A stretch of 64,000 bases of DNA from Neodothiora populina. Taxonomy: Eukaryota. The position numbers were made by a program, and so were the translations under genes. The notes beneath the pieces are model-generated. The model did not search any database, was not told the origin of the DNA, and worked only from the letters and a program-made list of their open reading frames with translations. This document shows, piece by piece, positions 11,390 to 24,558 of the stretch. The stretch spans positions 1,612,001-1,676,000 of the forward strand of contig NW_027191411.1 in the NCBI RefSeq assembly GCF_041146345.1. Direction: 5' to 3'. How positions within the stretch are numbered: the first letter of the stretch is position 1; each line of letters opens with the position of its first letter.

Positions 11390-14300
11390 ATGGAGTCACG
11401 CACACCGCGCAGTCGGTACCGGTCTTCCACCAACACATCAAGCACACCAGTCCATGATTCTCCCGTAGGGGCTTTGCCACTGACACTCTCGCGTCTGAAA
11501 AACCATGGCGACTTCTCCTCTGGCGGCCTTGCAGATGCACAGCGCGCATTGGCTCAAGTGACAGCACAGGTGGACGATGTTTCCACGCCAAACCCTACTC
11601 AGGACAACTTCCGCCGTTCTCGCGGCTTCCAGACATTACTAGGTCTACTACGTTCTGCATTTTCAGCAGCGTCTACGCCGAGTGTCGATCGTGATAGGGT
11701 GTTATTCGCCGCGTGCACCGAAGTCATCGAGGTTTTCTCAAGGGCATTGAGAGATCACCATGGCAATCATCGGTACTTTGCAAATTGCGTCCCTGGGGGA
11801 GGGTGGGAAAACTTGCAAGAATTGTGTCAGCTACTTATCCATCGACTGGTTACGAGTCCATCAGACGAGGAAGATGCAGAGCCTCTGGCAACGCTGATTG
11901 TAGCCCTGGCAAAGCTTTCGATCAACCAATCTTCCCAGTCCCAGTCCCAGGTCCTTCGTGCTGCAGAGGATACCGCAATTGAGCCACAGCCCGGCTCTGA
12001 GAAGGACGATGCGACTCAGACGCCCAGCGATACCCAACTTAATGGGCAAGATCATCCGATTCAGGCTGAGAAGCAAATTTATCGTGCAAGGGCTTTTGTG
12101 AAACAAAAACTTCCTGGAGACTACGAGGTCTGCCATAGCAAAGCCGTCTGCATTTTGGCTGCGATATATACGGGCGTTAGAGGTCGAGGTATCAAGTCCG
12201 ATACTGATTTCCCTGTTGCCCTTCGTATTTTAGCAATCATCGAGCGATTTGTCCAAAGCTCGGCGTACAATGCTAATGCTGTACATGGTTCTGGCATTCT
12301 GACTTTCATACTACCTTGTCTTGCTAAGACGCCTGAGAACACCGAAGAAATGGGGCTACTAAATAGTATCTGCCAGTCACTCCTTGGCCTGGGCTTTGAT
12401 CGATTGACCGATGCTGCGGAGCTTTTCAAACAGGCTGCTAATGGTCAGGAGGCCAGGTCAATGCTTTTGGCTACAATACGCAAGTCAAAAGAGCCTGCAC
12501 ATATCCAATTCGACATCTCCGGTGGTGGTCACAGTTCCATTGAGCTCCCTGTGTTACCCCATTCCTTCCCTCCAGGTTCCGGTTATAGTCTCACTGCATG
12601 GATCAGAGTCGATCAGTTTGATCCGGGCTCACACACCACGCTGTTTGGTGCTTTTGATGCAACGCAGACATGCTTTGTGCTAGTATACATCGAAAAAGAT
12701 ACACACCAGCTGATTCTCCAGACCTCTGTGACTTCTTCGAGGCCTAGCGTACGTTTCAAGAGGACACGATTCAAAGCAGCAGAATGGTATCATGTGGCCA
12801 TTGTCCATAGACCTTCCAGGTCTAATCATCTGAGCCAAGCTGGGTTGTACATTAACGGTCGCTTTGTTGAAGAGGTACATTCACAGTATCCCCAATCTCC
12901 TCCTGTGCTTCTTGATACGCGGGAAAGCAATATCCCACCTCAGATTATAGGGTCGAAACGTCGGCCAGTCCAAGCGTTCTTCGGCACGCCTCAGGATCTC
13001 GCGTCCCAGCCTACAGATGTTGCAGGACAATCGCGTTGGTCTCTGGCGCACGCATATCTCTACGATACCTGTCTCTCGCTAGATATGATAGCTGTCCAAG
13101 GTGCTATCGGTCCGAGATATTCAGGAAACTATCAAGACTGCATTGGGGCTTTTCTAACCTATCGCGCTTCTGCCGAGCTCAATCGTTACAACGAGATGCT
13201 GTACAAGGACAAAAGCGACAAGTCAGACATTGTACGAACGACACAGCAGCACGGCAAGGAGCTGCTGCCGGAGTCAAGGCTTCTTATCAGCATTTCCGCG
13301 GCTAACGTGGTTGATGCCGATGGGACTCTCGGTAGCAGTCTCAACATTGTCAGCATGCTAGGCGAGAAAGCAACTCATTCATTCCACGCTCTTGCCAGGA
13401 ACGGTAATTCGTTCGTTCTCAACTCCGCTCAGCCACTCGCCAATGAAGCGATTTCAAGGCCGCATGGTGCTGCAGTCATTACAGGGGAGCCTGTTATTCA
13501 TCTTGCACATCCTCTTGACAACGCTCTCTGGCAGATAGGCGGCTGTCTACCCATTGTCATGAGGCTTCTTCAGAATGCGAACACTGATGACGCTATCACC
13601 ACCTCCGTCGAAATCTTGTTTGAATGCATCCAAGACAATTGGAGGACTAGTGAAGCAATGGAGAAAGGTGATGGTTTCGGTGTTCTCGCTGTTCTTCTGA
13701 GGGAGAAACTTGGACTGGGCAATACGACGCCAGGACCTCGAAGACTGAGCCAATCGCGTAGATCGCCCCAGCAGCGAGATGCTCTCGCATTACAACTGCT
13801 CAAGATCATCCTGAGATTTGTGGGGTATGACTCCGTCCATCCCGAGAAATCCCTTCTCATAAACCCGATGGCGTATCGAATACTCTTGGTCGATTTTGAC
13901 ACGTGGAGAACTGTCAGCTCAGGTTGTCAAAAACTCTACTACCAACAAATTGCGGATTTCATCTGGAAAAATAACCATCAGTCCTTCAACATGAAGCGCT
14001 TCAATCGAAATCGTAAGTGCACCAGCTTACGAAACCCGTGACCTGACTGACTGCAGGGCAGGTATTGTACGAAAGTTACTTGATGCATTGAAGGTGGATG
14101 GTGTCACCTCCGAAGTCTTGCCTCACATCTTGCATGCTCTGAAGTCAATTTGTTTGTGTCGATCATCTCACCTTAATCACCGCGAGATTGCAACTTTCAT
14201 CACCTTCGCTCTGCATGATGATCAAGCTCTAAGTCGAGGGTCGCCATCCATGGCTAAGGTGGTCAGGAGCATTTCGATCCGTGGCCCTCGTGCGTCCACT

Positions 14301-17300
14301 CCGGACAGTCCTACGCGTACAAAGGATGAACCTCCTATGCCAACACTCAGCAAGATTGATATAGGCAGTCGAGTGCTTGAAATGTATTCACAAGTTCTAT
14401 GCGCTTTTGATAATGCTTCGCTCATCAAGAAGTTCGAGCTTCACGTTCCACCTAGGGTAAGTCTATGTATCGAACGTCCTTGTACTGTACTGATCGCCGT
14501 CGCAGTGGCTTCTCCAGCTAGTGTGTGAGCCATATTCCCGCGTGGTCGCTGCCGCGTTGACGATCATGTCTCGTTGCTTGGTAGACATTCACGGCTTCAA
14601 AAGTAAGTTGCTTGACAAGAACGCCGGTTTTGCGATTCTTCAAAGCCGTCTTCGGGCTCAATGGGCTTCTCCTCAAGTTTGGATGAGTTGTTTTGCCATC
14701 TTCTTCGGTCGCCCTTTTGTAAGCAATGAGCCGATGGGAGACCTCACTCTATTCCATCTCATTGAGGTCTTCGCACAACACGAAGAACCACAGGTTCACA
14801 ACCCCGAGATATTCCCTGCTATTGCCGGCATGCTCGAAGCCGGTTTGCGCAGCTTAGTCTCAGAACGTGGAGAACACGGCAGTGTACCTGCTGGCATACC
14901 AAAAACGGTGATCCAGTTCCTGGCCGATGTCCACACTCGCAGCCAGTCCTTCCGCAATTTCGCGGTTTCATCTGTATACGTCCAGGAACTTCTCTTCGTG
15001 CTCTTCCCCGTCATAGCAAGTTCTGATCGTCTCAATGCTGCTGCGGAGCTGGCTTCGGACGGGCCACTCAACTTCCAGGGCAAGGATGTAATGCTCCGAC
15101 CTCATTCAAACTCACTTGGCGAGCGACCGACCGTCTTGCGAAGCGGCTCAAGTAAGACGATGCCAGAGCAGAGTCGTAAACCAGTCCAGGCACCTCGACG
15201 TACTTCTTCTTTCGTGTTTGTGCATACTAGTGAGAATGTTCAATCGCCAGCACTTGCCAAATTTAGTGCTGTCATGTCTCCAACCAGGAGAACCCAGTTC
15301 AAGATCAAGGTCGAGAACTCTGTCGTGGAGTCTCTGCTCGAGGTCATAACATCTGTCTTCATTGATCAGATTTGCCAACGCAAAGACTTCTCCGGATTCG
15401 GACTCTTCCTCAAGGTGCCACCGGGCTTTCAAGAACACCAAGCCTATTTCGAGTCTTATGTACTCCTGCACGTTACTAACCAACTCTGGAGCTATCTCCA
15501 GCTCAACCAGAAACTGCTTGTCGAACCACGCGTCCTGACCAATCTTGCAAAATACAGCCTTCACATGGCCGAAGCTGTGTTTGAAGGCTGGTTTATTGAT
15601 GGCGCCCAGCCCCTACTTGATTTCATAGGCAAGATACTGGATTATCTACAACAACCAGCTATTGCTTCCACCAAAGCCGTACGACTGTGCAACCAGGCTG
15701 TGACCACACTGCGATCTGTGTTTTTACGAGTGACCCTACTTCGACTCTCCGAGCTGGACGAAAACGACGATGATCAGGAGTCGCTCACGTTCATCAGCAA
15801 GATGAACTACTGGCAAACCATTCTATTCTCTCCCGAAAACCAAGAGCTGCCGTTTATTCGTTTGATCTGCTACTTGCTCTACATGAAGCTAGTGTCGCCT
15901 TCACGACCGGTCAGACTAGCCGCAGCGTCATTGTGGCGCATGCTTTTGGTCCAAAAGCCAACAGAAGCCGCCACCATCTTGGTACAAAATACTGATCCAG
16001 GCCAGAGACATCTCTCCACAGGTCTGATTAAGCTTGCTGCTCACGATGATGAAGAACTCCTTCAATGGATCGATCAGAATCGCAGACCTCTGGACGAGTT
16101 CTTTCAAGAGACGCTCGCTACGAAATGGGAAGAGTTTGTGACGTCCGAGAATCAGAAAACTGAAGAGACCGCCAGAAATCGCCTAGCGAAGCGGAAAGAG
16201 AAGCTCAAGCAATGGCAGATGATCGAAGCAGAAATAGACAACGTGCTTCATCACCACGAACGAGCGGCACGACATTCCCGTGCAAACATTTATGCGCAAG
16301 AGCGCCTAAAGTATCAAGGTATTGTGCAAGATCAGCAGGAGAACATGAGCCACTTGCACACAGTCATTGCAAGGTTCGAAACCCAAGTGCGACAACCTTC
16401 AGGCTTGTGGCCATATGGGGGACCGCTAAAGTGGCAGCTTGATCAAACGGAAGCTCGCAATAGGATGCGGATGCGGATCGTACCGGACAATAAGCGTACG
16501 CAAGAGACTTATCAGTCGAAGAGGAAGGCGTCAGAGAGGCTGCTCGAAAACAGACTTCAGGTTGGCACCACCTCGCCAAATATCGGCACGAGTGGTCTTG
16601 CCTCCCCAATATCAATCAGCACTCCCACTCAATATCTAGAAGAGCCGACGGACCCGAATGAAGAGACGCGATCGAGAAGTACTTCGCTGACCGCTTCGGG
16701 GCTCCTTGATGGCGAATTCGAGATGGTTGATGACCCGAGGGATGACGAAGAGGGGTATGAGGACAAGAATCGCAAGGTTCTAAAAAGTCTCCGTCGGGGA
16801 GATCGGGTGCAGAACATATGTAATGTGTCTCGCATCCTGGGTCTCGAGGCATTCGAAGGACTTATGATTATTGGTAAGAAGTGTCTGTACCTGCAAGATG
16901 CTCTGTTCCAGCGCTCGGATGGCGAGATTGTCAGCGTCTCACAAGCGCCACTCGAAGAGCGGGACCCGTATGTGCAGATGATCTCTGGTAAAGAGATCAA
17001 GAGCCATCGTGCACAACAACGTGCTGATAGAGAGCCTGCAAGACATTGGACTTGGCAAGAGCTTCTCAGCCTTTCGAAACGGCGTTTCCTTTTTCGCGAT
17101 GTCGCTCTTGAAGTGTTCTTCACTGATGGACGGAGCTACCTCCTGACGTTTATGACGCCAAAGACCAGAGATGATGTGTACTCATATCTCATGAAAAAAG
17201 CGCCGCATATGCAGGGAGACATATCATCACTTCCAGCCGAAGATGCGTGGCGACTGGATACTCTGCGTAACCCAGAAGAGACGCCTCAATCCTTTGGCTC

Positions 17301-19329
17301 TAAGCTCACGAACGTCTTCGCCTCTACCCATGCGAACGTAGCCACGCGAAAGTGGATGCGTGGAGAAATCTCGAACTTCCAGTATCTCATGCTGGTCAAC
17401 ACCATGGCTGGCCGGACTTTCAACGATCTTACCCAGTACCCGATATTCCCGTGGGTTTTGGCAGACTATACCAGCGACGAGCTCGATCTCACAGACCCAC
17501 GGAGCTTTCGCGACCTGTCTAAGCCGATGGGTTGCCAGCACCCTAGTCGAGAGTCGGACTTCCGTGAGCGCTACCGCAGCTTCGCCGAAATGGGTGATGA
17601 AGACTCGCCAGCATTTCACTATGGTACACACTACTCGACTGCCATGATTGTGTCATCTTATCTGATTCGTCTACCACCTTTTGTTCAATCCTATCTCGTT
17701 TTACAAGGTGGTTCTTTTGATCATGCGGACCGACTATTTGATTCCATTGAGAGGGCTTGGCTTTCTGCTTCGAAGGAGAATATGACGGATGTCCGCGAGC
17801 TGACTCCAGAGTTCTTCTATCTCCCCGAATTTTTACAGAATATAAATGGTTATGAGTTCGGGCAGAAGCAAGGTAGCAACGAGGTGGTCAACGATGTACA
17901 GCTGCCCTCATGGGCAAAGAACGACCCGCACATATTCATCGCCAAACACCGCGAAGCGCTCGAGAGTCCTTATGTCAGTCAGCACCTTCAAGAATGGATA
18001 GATCTCATCTTCGGCTACAAACAGCGCGGCGAAGCTGCTCTGGAAGCAACGAATGTATTCCACCACCTCAGCTACCAAGGTGCCAAAAATCTGGATGCAA
18101 TGCAGGACTCACACGAGAAGTTGGCGACTATAAGCTTTATCCACAATTTCGGACAAACACCTCATCAAGTCTTCACCCGTGCTCACCCACGCAAGAGCGA
18201 TGACGAGAAGATTCACGTTGCACGTTTAGACTCTGTTGCCGAATCACTTGTCAGGATACCATTCCCGGTGCACGAGGGTCACGAGCGCGCAGCCTCACTC
18301 ACATGGTCAACGACGCAAGACCGACTTCTCACGTCTTCACCATGCAGGATGACGTTACCACCGGCGTGCAAGATTTACGCGCAGTGGGGCTACAGTGATA
18401 ACAGCTTGCGCTTCTTTTCCACGTCCGAGAGTCGTGGTTCAAGGCAGCAGATTGCACTTTATGAAGGCACGCATGTTGGCCCTATTAGCACGCTCCTCTT
18501 CGCTGACAGTAAAACACTCATTACTGGCGGCGCAGATGCCACAATCGGCGTCTGGAATGTCAACACCCCTGCCAGTGGGGATACGATCGAGGTGACGTCC
18601 AAGACATACCTTTTCGGTCATCGCACCCCCATATCGATGCTTGCGATAAGCCGAGCGTTCAGCACTCTTCTGTCGGTATCAACAGACGGCCACGTCTTGC
18701 TTTGGGATCTGAATCGTTTCGATTGCGTGCGTGTCCTTCAACACCCGCCTCCGCTTTTGTCTACAGATGCATCAGCCGTCCCTAAACCGCACCCTATATC
18801 CGCAGCGAAGATAAGCAATCTCACGGGCCACATCGCACTGTGCTCAGCAGACAGCGTGAAAGTTTTTACACTGAATGGCCACCTCCTCGTCGAGCAACGC
18901 GTCTGCGACCCCTCGGACTCCGACGACGAAGTGACAGCTTGCGCCTTTTACGAAGGCGAACGGGGCGAATGGGTCGAGCGAACCCTGCTCTTCACAGGCC
19001 ACAAGCGCGGCGTCGTCAATGTCTGGAACCTGGTCACTCTTCGAGACGGAGCGTGGTACTTACAGCTCGTCAAGCGCATGAACAACAACGAGGGCAACAA
19101 CAACAACATCGGTCTCAGAGACCGTGCGGCGGCAGCAGCAGCAGCAGCAGCAGCTGGTGGCGAGGATGGTGTTGTCCCGCATTCGCCCGTCGTTTCCTCG
19201 TCGGCCGCAGTCACTTCGATCTTGCCGCTTGCTCAGAGCGTGTATGTCGGGGATGAAGAAGGCAGGGTGTATGAGTGGAGTTGTGTGCTCAAGGAGAGCA
19301 GTAGAGGGTTCGGCGGATGGAGGGTCTAA
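11390..19329 (+). CDS. BPH1: BEACH-domain protein (Beige/Bph1/Lvs-like: ConA-like, PH-BEACH, BEACH, WD40); exons 11390-14012, 14062-14456, 14506-19329
   Basis: BEACH motifs ISNFQYLMLVNTMAGRTFNDLTQYPIFPW, FHYGTHYS, DVRELTPEFFY and NFGQTP; PH motif RRFLFRDVALEVF; ConA-like WYHVAIVH; C-terminal WD repeats. Confidence 0.95.
19081..19154 (+). repeat. Coding microsatellites (AAC)n and (GCA)n giving poly-Asn and poly-Ala tracts in the BEACH protein C-terminus
   Basis: aacaacaac...aacaacaacaac and gcagcagcagcagcagcagca encode NNNEGNNNN...AAAAAAAAAA. Confidence 0.85.
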
Positions 19330-19799
19330 GGGTCTAGGGGGAATCTTTTGGTCGCGGCGCGGGCTTGTCGATACCGTTGTTGTATTTATTGTAGATGGCT
19401 ATCGTCGCGGAAGAAAAGCAACACTTTCTTTTTTTTGGTCTGGGATATTTGTCAAATGTGTTTTCCTTATTTGTGCATGTCAAAATTCAATCTATTATTG
19501 CATGAGCATGTATACATACAGTCAAGCATGTGGAGTTCCCATACATACCTAGGATATGTGGTATCTACATATCCCATCGCAAGCGCGTAGTACAAACATA
19601 GCTTCCCCTGTCGCCCTCGAACCCACTCTCTTGAGCGTATGAAGCTCCGGAACAAGTGGACACCATCATACATCTTTATCATGGCTTTTGTCTGCATCAC
19701 TCCTAGTGCGTTGCGTGTATCCCGTCACATTACAAGTAGATAAAAAGGTGTGTATATGTATGTATGTGAAGGTAATTCTCTACATTAGAGTTTGCTTAC

Positions 19800-19818
19800 G
19801 GTAGGTAGGTAGGTAGGT
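19800..19818 (+). repeat. (GGTA)n microsatellite between convergent 3' ends
   Basis: ggtaggtaggtaggtaggt. Confidence 0.8.
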
Positions 19819-19984
19819 TATTTGTTTTAGTGGGGGTATCAGCATCCAAGTATCAGTATGCGTAGTCTCAGTCATGTACAAGCGACCGAACAAAGCAGGC
19901 GAAAAGAAAGAAAGACAGTTCAGATTACTCCAGCCATCATGCACCCATGCATGTCCCCTTTTCTCAGCTTCGCCGACAACAAAC

Positions 19985-22098
19985 TCAAGGTGAAGACTCG
20001 ACGTCGTCGTCAAGACTTGTATGCATCGCCGCGGCGTGTCTCCCGTGTTGCCGTCCAGAGAAGCCGTTGACGATGGCGAAGGTGCTGCTATTTGCATCTG
20101 GAGCTTCGGAGTGGCTCTGATCGTACTCTTCCTCATCTGATAGCGTCGAGGGAGTCAGGCTGGCTGTGGAGTCTTGCGTTGAGGAAGGAAGATTCTGTTG
20201 CCGCCGTTGCTGGGGGGTATGGCTTCTTTGCATCCGCTGCTTCATCTCCACGTCTCGGGGTCCGTGGCTTGTCGTTCGACTCTTTCTGTGTCTTCTTCTT
20301 CTGCTGCTGCTTTTGTCCGTGCTATGGTCGTTGCGTACGTTGAGATCGTGGTCGTCGTTAGGAGGAGAAAGAGTAATGCCCGCTTCGGCTTTCAGGCGCT
20401 CGTAGTCTTGGCCGAGAGGATAGAGCGTGTCGCCTGCCGTGTGGGATGCGCAAGGGGATCGGCGGACTGGAAAGAACCAGTCGAATATGCGGACGCCCAT
20501 GACCTGGCGGAAGTTGGAGAGCGGGTCGAGTTTCCAGGGGTTCATGCCTGGTCTTGTTTTCAAGATGGCGAAGGTACGAGGAGGTGGAGCACGGATGGTT
20601 TCTGGCGATGGCGAGGCGTGGGGTGCTGTGTAGAGGGGGTAGGTTATCGTGCCTACCCAGGGATGCTGTGGTTGCTGATGGTCAATAGTTTGACTTGTTG
20701 GTCTCTTTGGCGCCGTAGGCCGTTGGCGGGTCTTGGAGCCATGGAACATCAGCCGCGTGCATTCGCCTGGCTCGAACCCGGTTTTGTCTACGGAATGTAC
20801 ACTTGGGCTTGTCGCGCTCAAGCTATGATTGGGAAGGCTCTCCGAAGGTGAAGGTGTCCGAGGAAGTGTAGCACCTTCAGTGCTAGCATCGAGTCCAGGT
20901 GAAGCGGGTAAGGGCTGCTTTTGCTGGTAGTATTTGTGTGGATCTGGGAGGTAGACCGCAAGATACATGGTGCGAGATGCATGGTTGATGTTGTCGATTG
21001 TGGTTGTGTTCATGAGAGCAAGATGAATGCTTGTGCCCGCCATGCCGGCAGTAAATAGCGTGAAGACTGCGGCGAGGATGAGAGTGGCTAGCCAATTGCC
21101 TTCGACACCGAAATCACGCGAGCTCCTGTCATGGAAGAAATAGGCCATGACTATCAGAATGTAGAGGGTGTAGAGGGCTGTGTGAGAGGTGAATTGTATG
21201 AAGAAATTGAAGTTCTTCTCGGCCACCACACCGCCGACCCAGGGGCAGAAATGGTCGAGCTTCATGACGCATCGGCCGACATCGTTACAGTGATGTGACC
21301 TATCTGGCTTCCAGGTCGCGCATGTGCCGCACCAGATTGGCAAGCCGTTGGGATCGCATGCGAAAACATCCTTGGAGTGGAAATGCTCGAGTCCAGGCGG
21401 GGGCGCAGTTTCTCCTCTAAAGATGGCGTCCAGGTTCAGTGTGGTGACAGACTGACCATGCGATCCAATGCTCGGCTTTTCTATGCCGCTCATAGCATCC
21501 TGTCGACCGGTCGAGGGACGGGAAGTGGGCTGGGAGCGTCCGGTAGAGGAAGTGGGAGGCCGTTGAAAGCCCAGAGTGGTGGAAGAGGGTCGGGAAGTAT
21601 CGTTGAGGGCATTAAGATCATCTTCTGGAGGGGGCTCAGCTACGTCGGTCGTCGTGCATGAGTGCGAGGCTTGGTGGTGTTCCAGAGGCTTTTGCTCTAT
21701 CATAATAGACTCGACATTGTTTCCTTTCTCAATGTAACCGGGATCGCGAGTGGACTCCAGCAGTCGGAAATATGTCACGGCAGGTAGGAACAGGAAGACA
21801 AAGTACAGTGCTATGATGGCTATTCCAGCGCCGGGACGACTCTCGATTCCATAATGGGAGGGTCCGCGGATGAGATATTGCGCTGTTGCCGTGTTAGAAA
21901 GCAATCGAGCAGGAAGGTGCGCGTACGAGCGCGACTCTGAACGACAATGCAGGACTCACTGGCTACCAGAGCAACGACAACCCAAGAAACATAAGATACA
22001 AGCCCGACCAAGATCAATGGTACGACGACGGCAGCGAATTTGTTTTGCAATTGGCGTTTCTCCAGTTCAGGCCTGCGTCTGGACGTGCCTATAGCCAT
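19985..22098 (-). CDS. PFA5: DHHC-family palmitoyltransferase, Pfa5-like (DHFC variant); exons 22098-21960, 21882-19985
   Basis: WCGTCATWKPDRSHHCNDVGRCVMKLDHFCPWVGG, NTTTID, NPW and NFRQVMG; four TM segments; intron 21959-21883. Confidence 0.88.
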
Positions 22099-22700
22099 GA
22101 TCGAAGCCCAAGGCAGATATAGCGAGAAGCGCACTGATCGTGGTAGCACAGACGCATAGTCTCTACTATGTGAACAGAAGCGTGGTCGTATACTCCGTAT
22201 CTTTAGCTACAGTATGGCACTGCTTCAAGTTCATGCACCACAGTCCAGACTGTATGCTTTAATTGTTCTTATCCATTGATTGGTCATGAACGGGCGTTGT
22301 CACATGCTGCCGCGCCGCGCCCTCGAAATCTGGAGGCGGGTATTAGATGACGTCGCGCCACTGCTCGAGTTGGCAGATCGCGGCTCGCGTTTTGGGGAAA
22401 GCAAGCTTCTACGAGCTCAGCAGCAGCAGCACGGCACGAGTGCATGAGGAGTGCATGAAAGAAGTGTGTGAGCTAAAGATATTCGAATCATATCAGGCAG
22501 AGGTATCAGCACGATAGTAATACCAACTCTCTTTCATCTGTTCATTCCTTTCGGAGAGCCAAGACAAGAGAGGATATCGAACCCCTCTTGTATCCGCCGA
22601 CACTCTACTCCAACTCTTAGTTCCAGGCTGCAACTCTACCGGCAGCTTCTGGTTTCTGACAGACCAACGACATTGATTCACAAAGAAAAAAAAACTTATC

Positions 22701-24558
22701 ATGGCGCTCATCCAGACGTCGCTCATATGGGTGGCATATGCAGTAGCCGTTGCCATCCTCCTCTTCATCGCTTCCATCTTTGTCTATGTCTACCAGGCAC
22801 CGCGTGAGCGTTCAGCCGTGGTCTCGATAGTGTGTATCTTCACTGTCTTGTCTCTGCTGGCGACTGTGCTTCTCATGCCTGTTGATATCGCTCTGGTCTC
22901 CTCGACGACAAGAAGCAGCTTGGGAAGAAAGAAAGACTGGGCCACACCGGATGCCGTCGACAATATCATTTTCCAACTCAAGATTGTCTATTACACCCTC
23001 TACAGCCTCGACGCCTTGCTCTGCTTGCTTGTTGTTCCCTTCACCTACTTTTGGTACGAAGAGTATGATGAGGTTGCCGACGAAGAAGGCACTCAGACTG
23101 CCGGAAGCAGACTCTGGGGTGCTTTCAAGTACACCATTGCATTTGTCCTACTCGTTGTCACTCTGTTCCTTGTTGGCTTCTTCGTCCCCGTCGCCAAGCA
23201 GGGCAAACAGCACCGAGATCTTGACTTTTTCAAGGATCTTTTGGCAGAGAATCGTGAGTACTCTTACCTGCGTCAGCAGACCGAATACACCTGACTGACA
23301 ATCACTAGATGGCGAGCGTGCTTTGACTTTTGCGATTGGACTACTCGTGACTATCGGAACCGTGCTCTACTGCCTCTACACTGCCCCCGGACTCGCTTTG
23401 TTGCCATTGACTCTGATCAAGTCTGCTCCACGCATGTCAGCGCCTTCCATCGCCGCAACGACATCTTCCCAGCTTGCCCAGAATCGTGAACGCCAACGCC
23501 AACTCGAGGGTCGTAACCAGGGTCGTGAGGGTGGACTGGACTCGAGAGATAGACGTGAATTGGAGGCTCTGGTCCGGGAGGAGCGCACACTTGTCCGTCG
23601 TGAACGTCTTGCCGCCGAATCATCCGGTGAGGGTCATAACTGGTTCGTCCGCGCCTGGATCAAGATCGAGGCTGTCTTCCGTCCCATCAAGCTCCTCGGT
23701 GGTCTTCTTCTTATTGTCATTGTTCTCGTTGTCTGGGCCTCGATGCTCATCACCGGGGTCGACAAGATTAAAAACAGCGTCTGCTCAACCGGCTGCGGCT
23801 ACCTTCTCGCCCATAACAAGATCTTTCAGCCCATCAACTGGCTTATGGTCGTCACCAGCAAGGTCTTCCCGGTCGACTACATCATTTTCCTTCTGTTGAC
23901 CCTCACTTTCTTTGCTGCCAGTGTCATTGGCATCGCCACGATTGGCATTCGCTTCCTCTGGGTCACTCTTTTCCGCATCCGCACCCATCACACCTCCCCA
24001 CAAGCCATGCTCATGGCAACTGTTTTGTTGACGCTCATGGTCTTCGCCCTGAATTACGCCATCGCAATGATGGTCGCGCCGCAATACGCCACCTTCGGCC
24101 CTCAGACCTTCTGCGACCGACCCTTCCGCAACGGAGATGAACAACCAGACTGCAGCGAGCATCACAAGGCCATCCGCCCTTGCACTGAGGACACGGACAA
24201 CCCTGCCGCCCGACTCGTCTGCACTCCCTCGGTCGTCTCTACTTTCCTGAACCGCATCACCATCAACTTTCCCTTCTTCGGCGTTTTTGACTTCTGGGCT
24301 CAGTTCGCCTTCCTCGGCATCTTCATGGTGGTCTTCATTGTCATGCTGTTCAGGACCCCGCATCTGGACGAGGAACAGCTTGACGAGGACTTGAGAGAGG
24401 AGGAAGAGGAGGGCCTGCTTGCCAGTACTGGTAGGAGGTTCGGTGCCACTTGGCAGGATATTACTGGTAGAGCTACCGGTGTCAAGAGAGCGCCTGCTGG
24501 CGGCTACGGATCCACTGCCGCTACCAATGGCGACTCGGCTCATGACGACGTTGAGTGA
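22701..24558 (+). CDS. LMBR1-like membrane protein, LMBRD1 ('lysosomal cobalamin transporter') type; exons 22701-23253, 23309-24558
   Basis: [38 protein letters not shown] and [13 protein letters not shown]; about 9 TM segments; canonical intron giving HGERAL across the junction. Confidence 0.9.
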
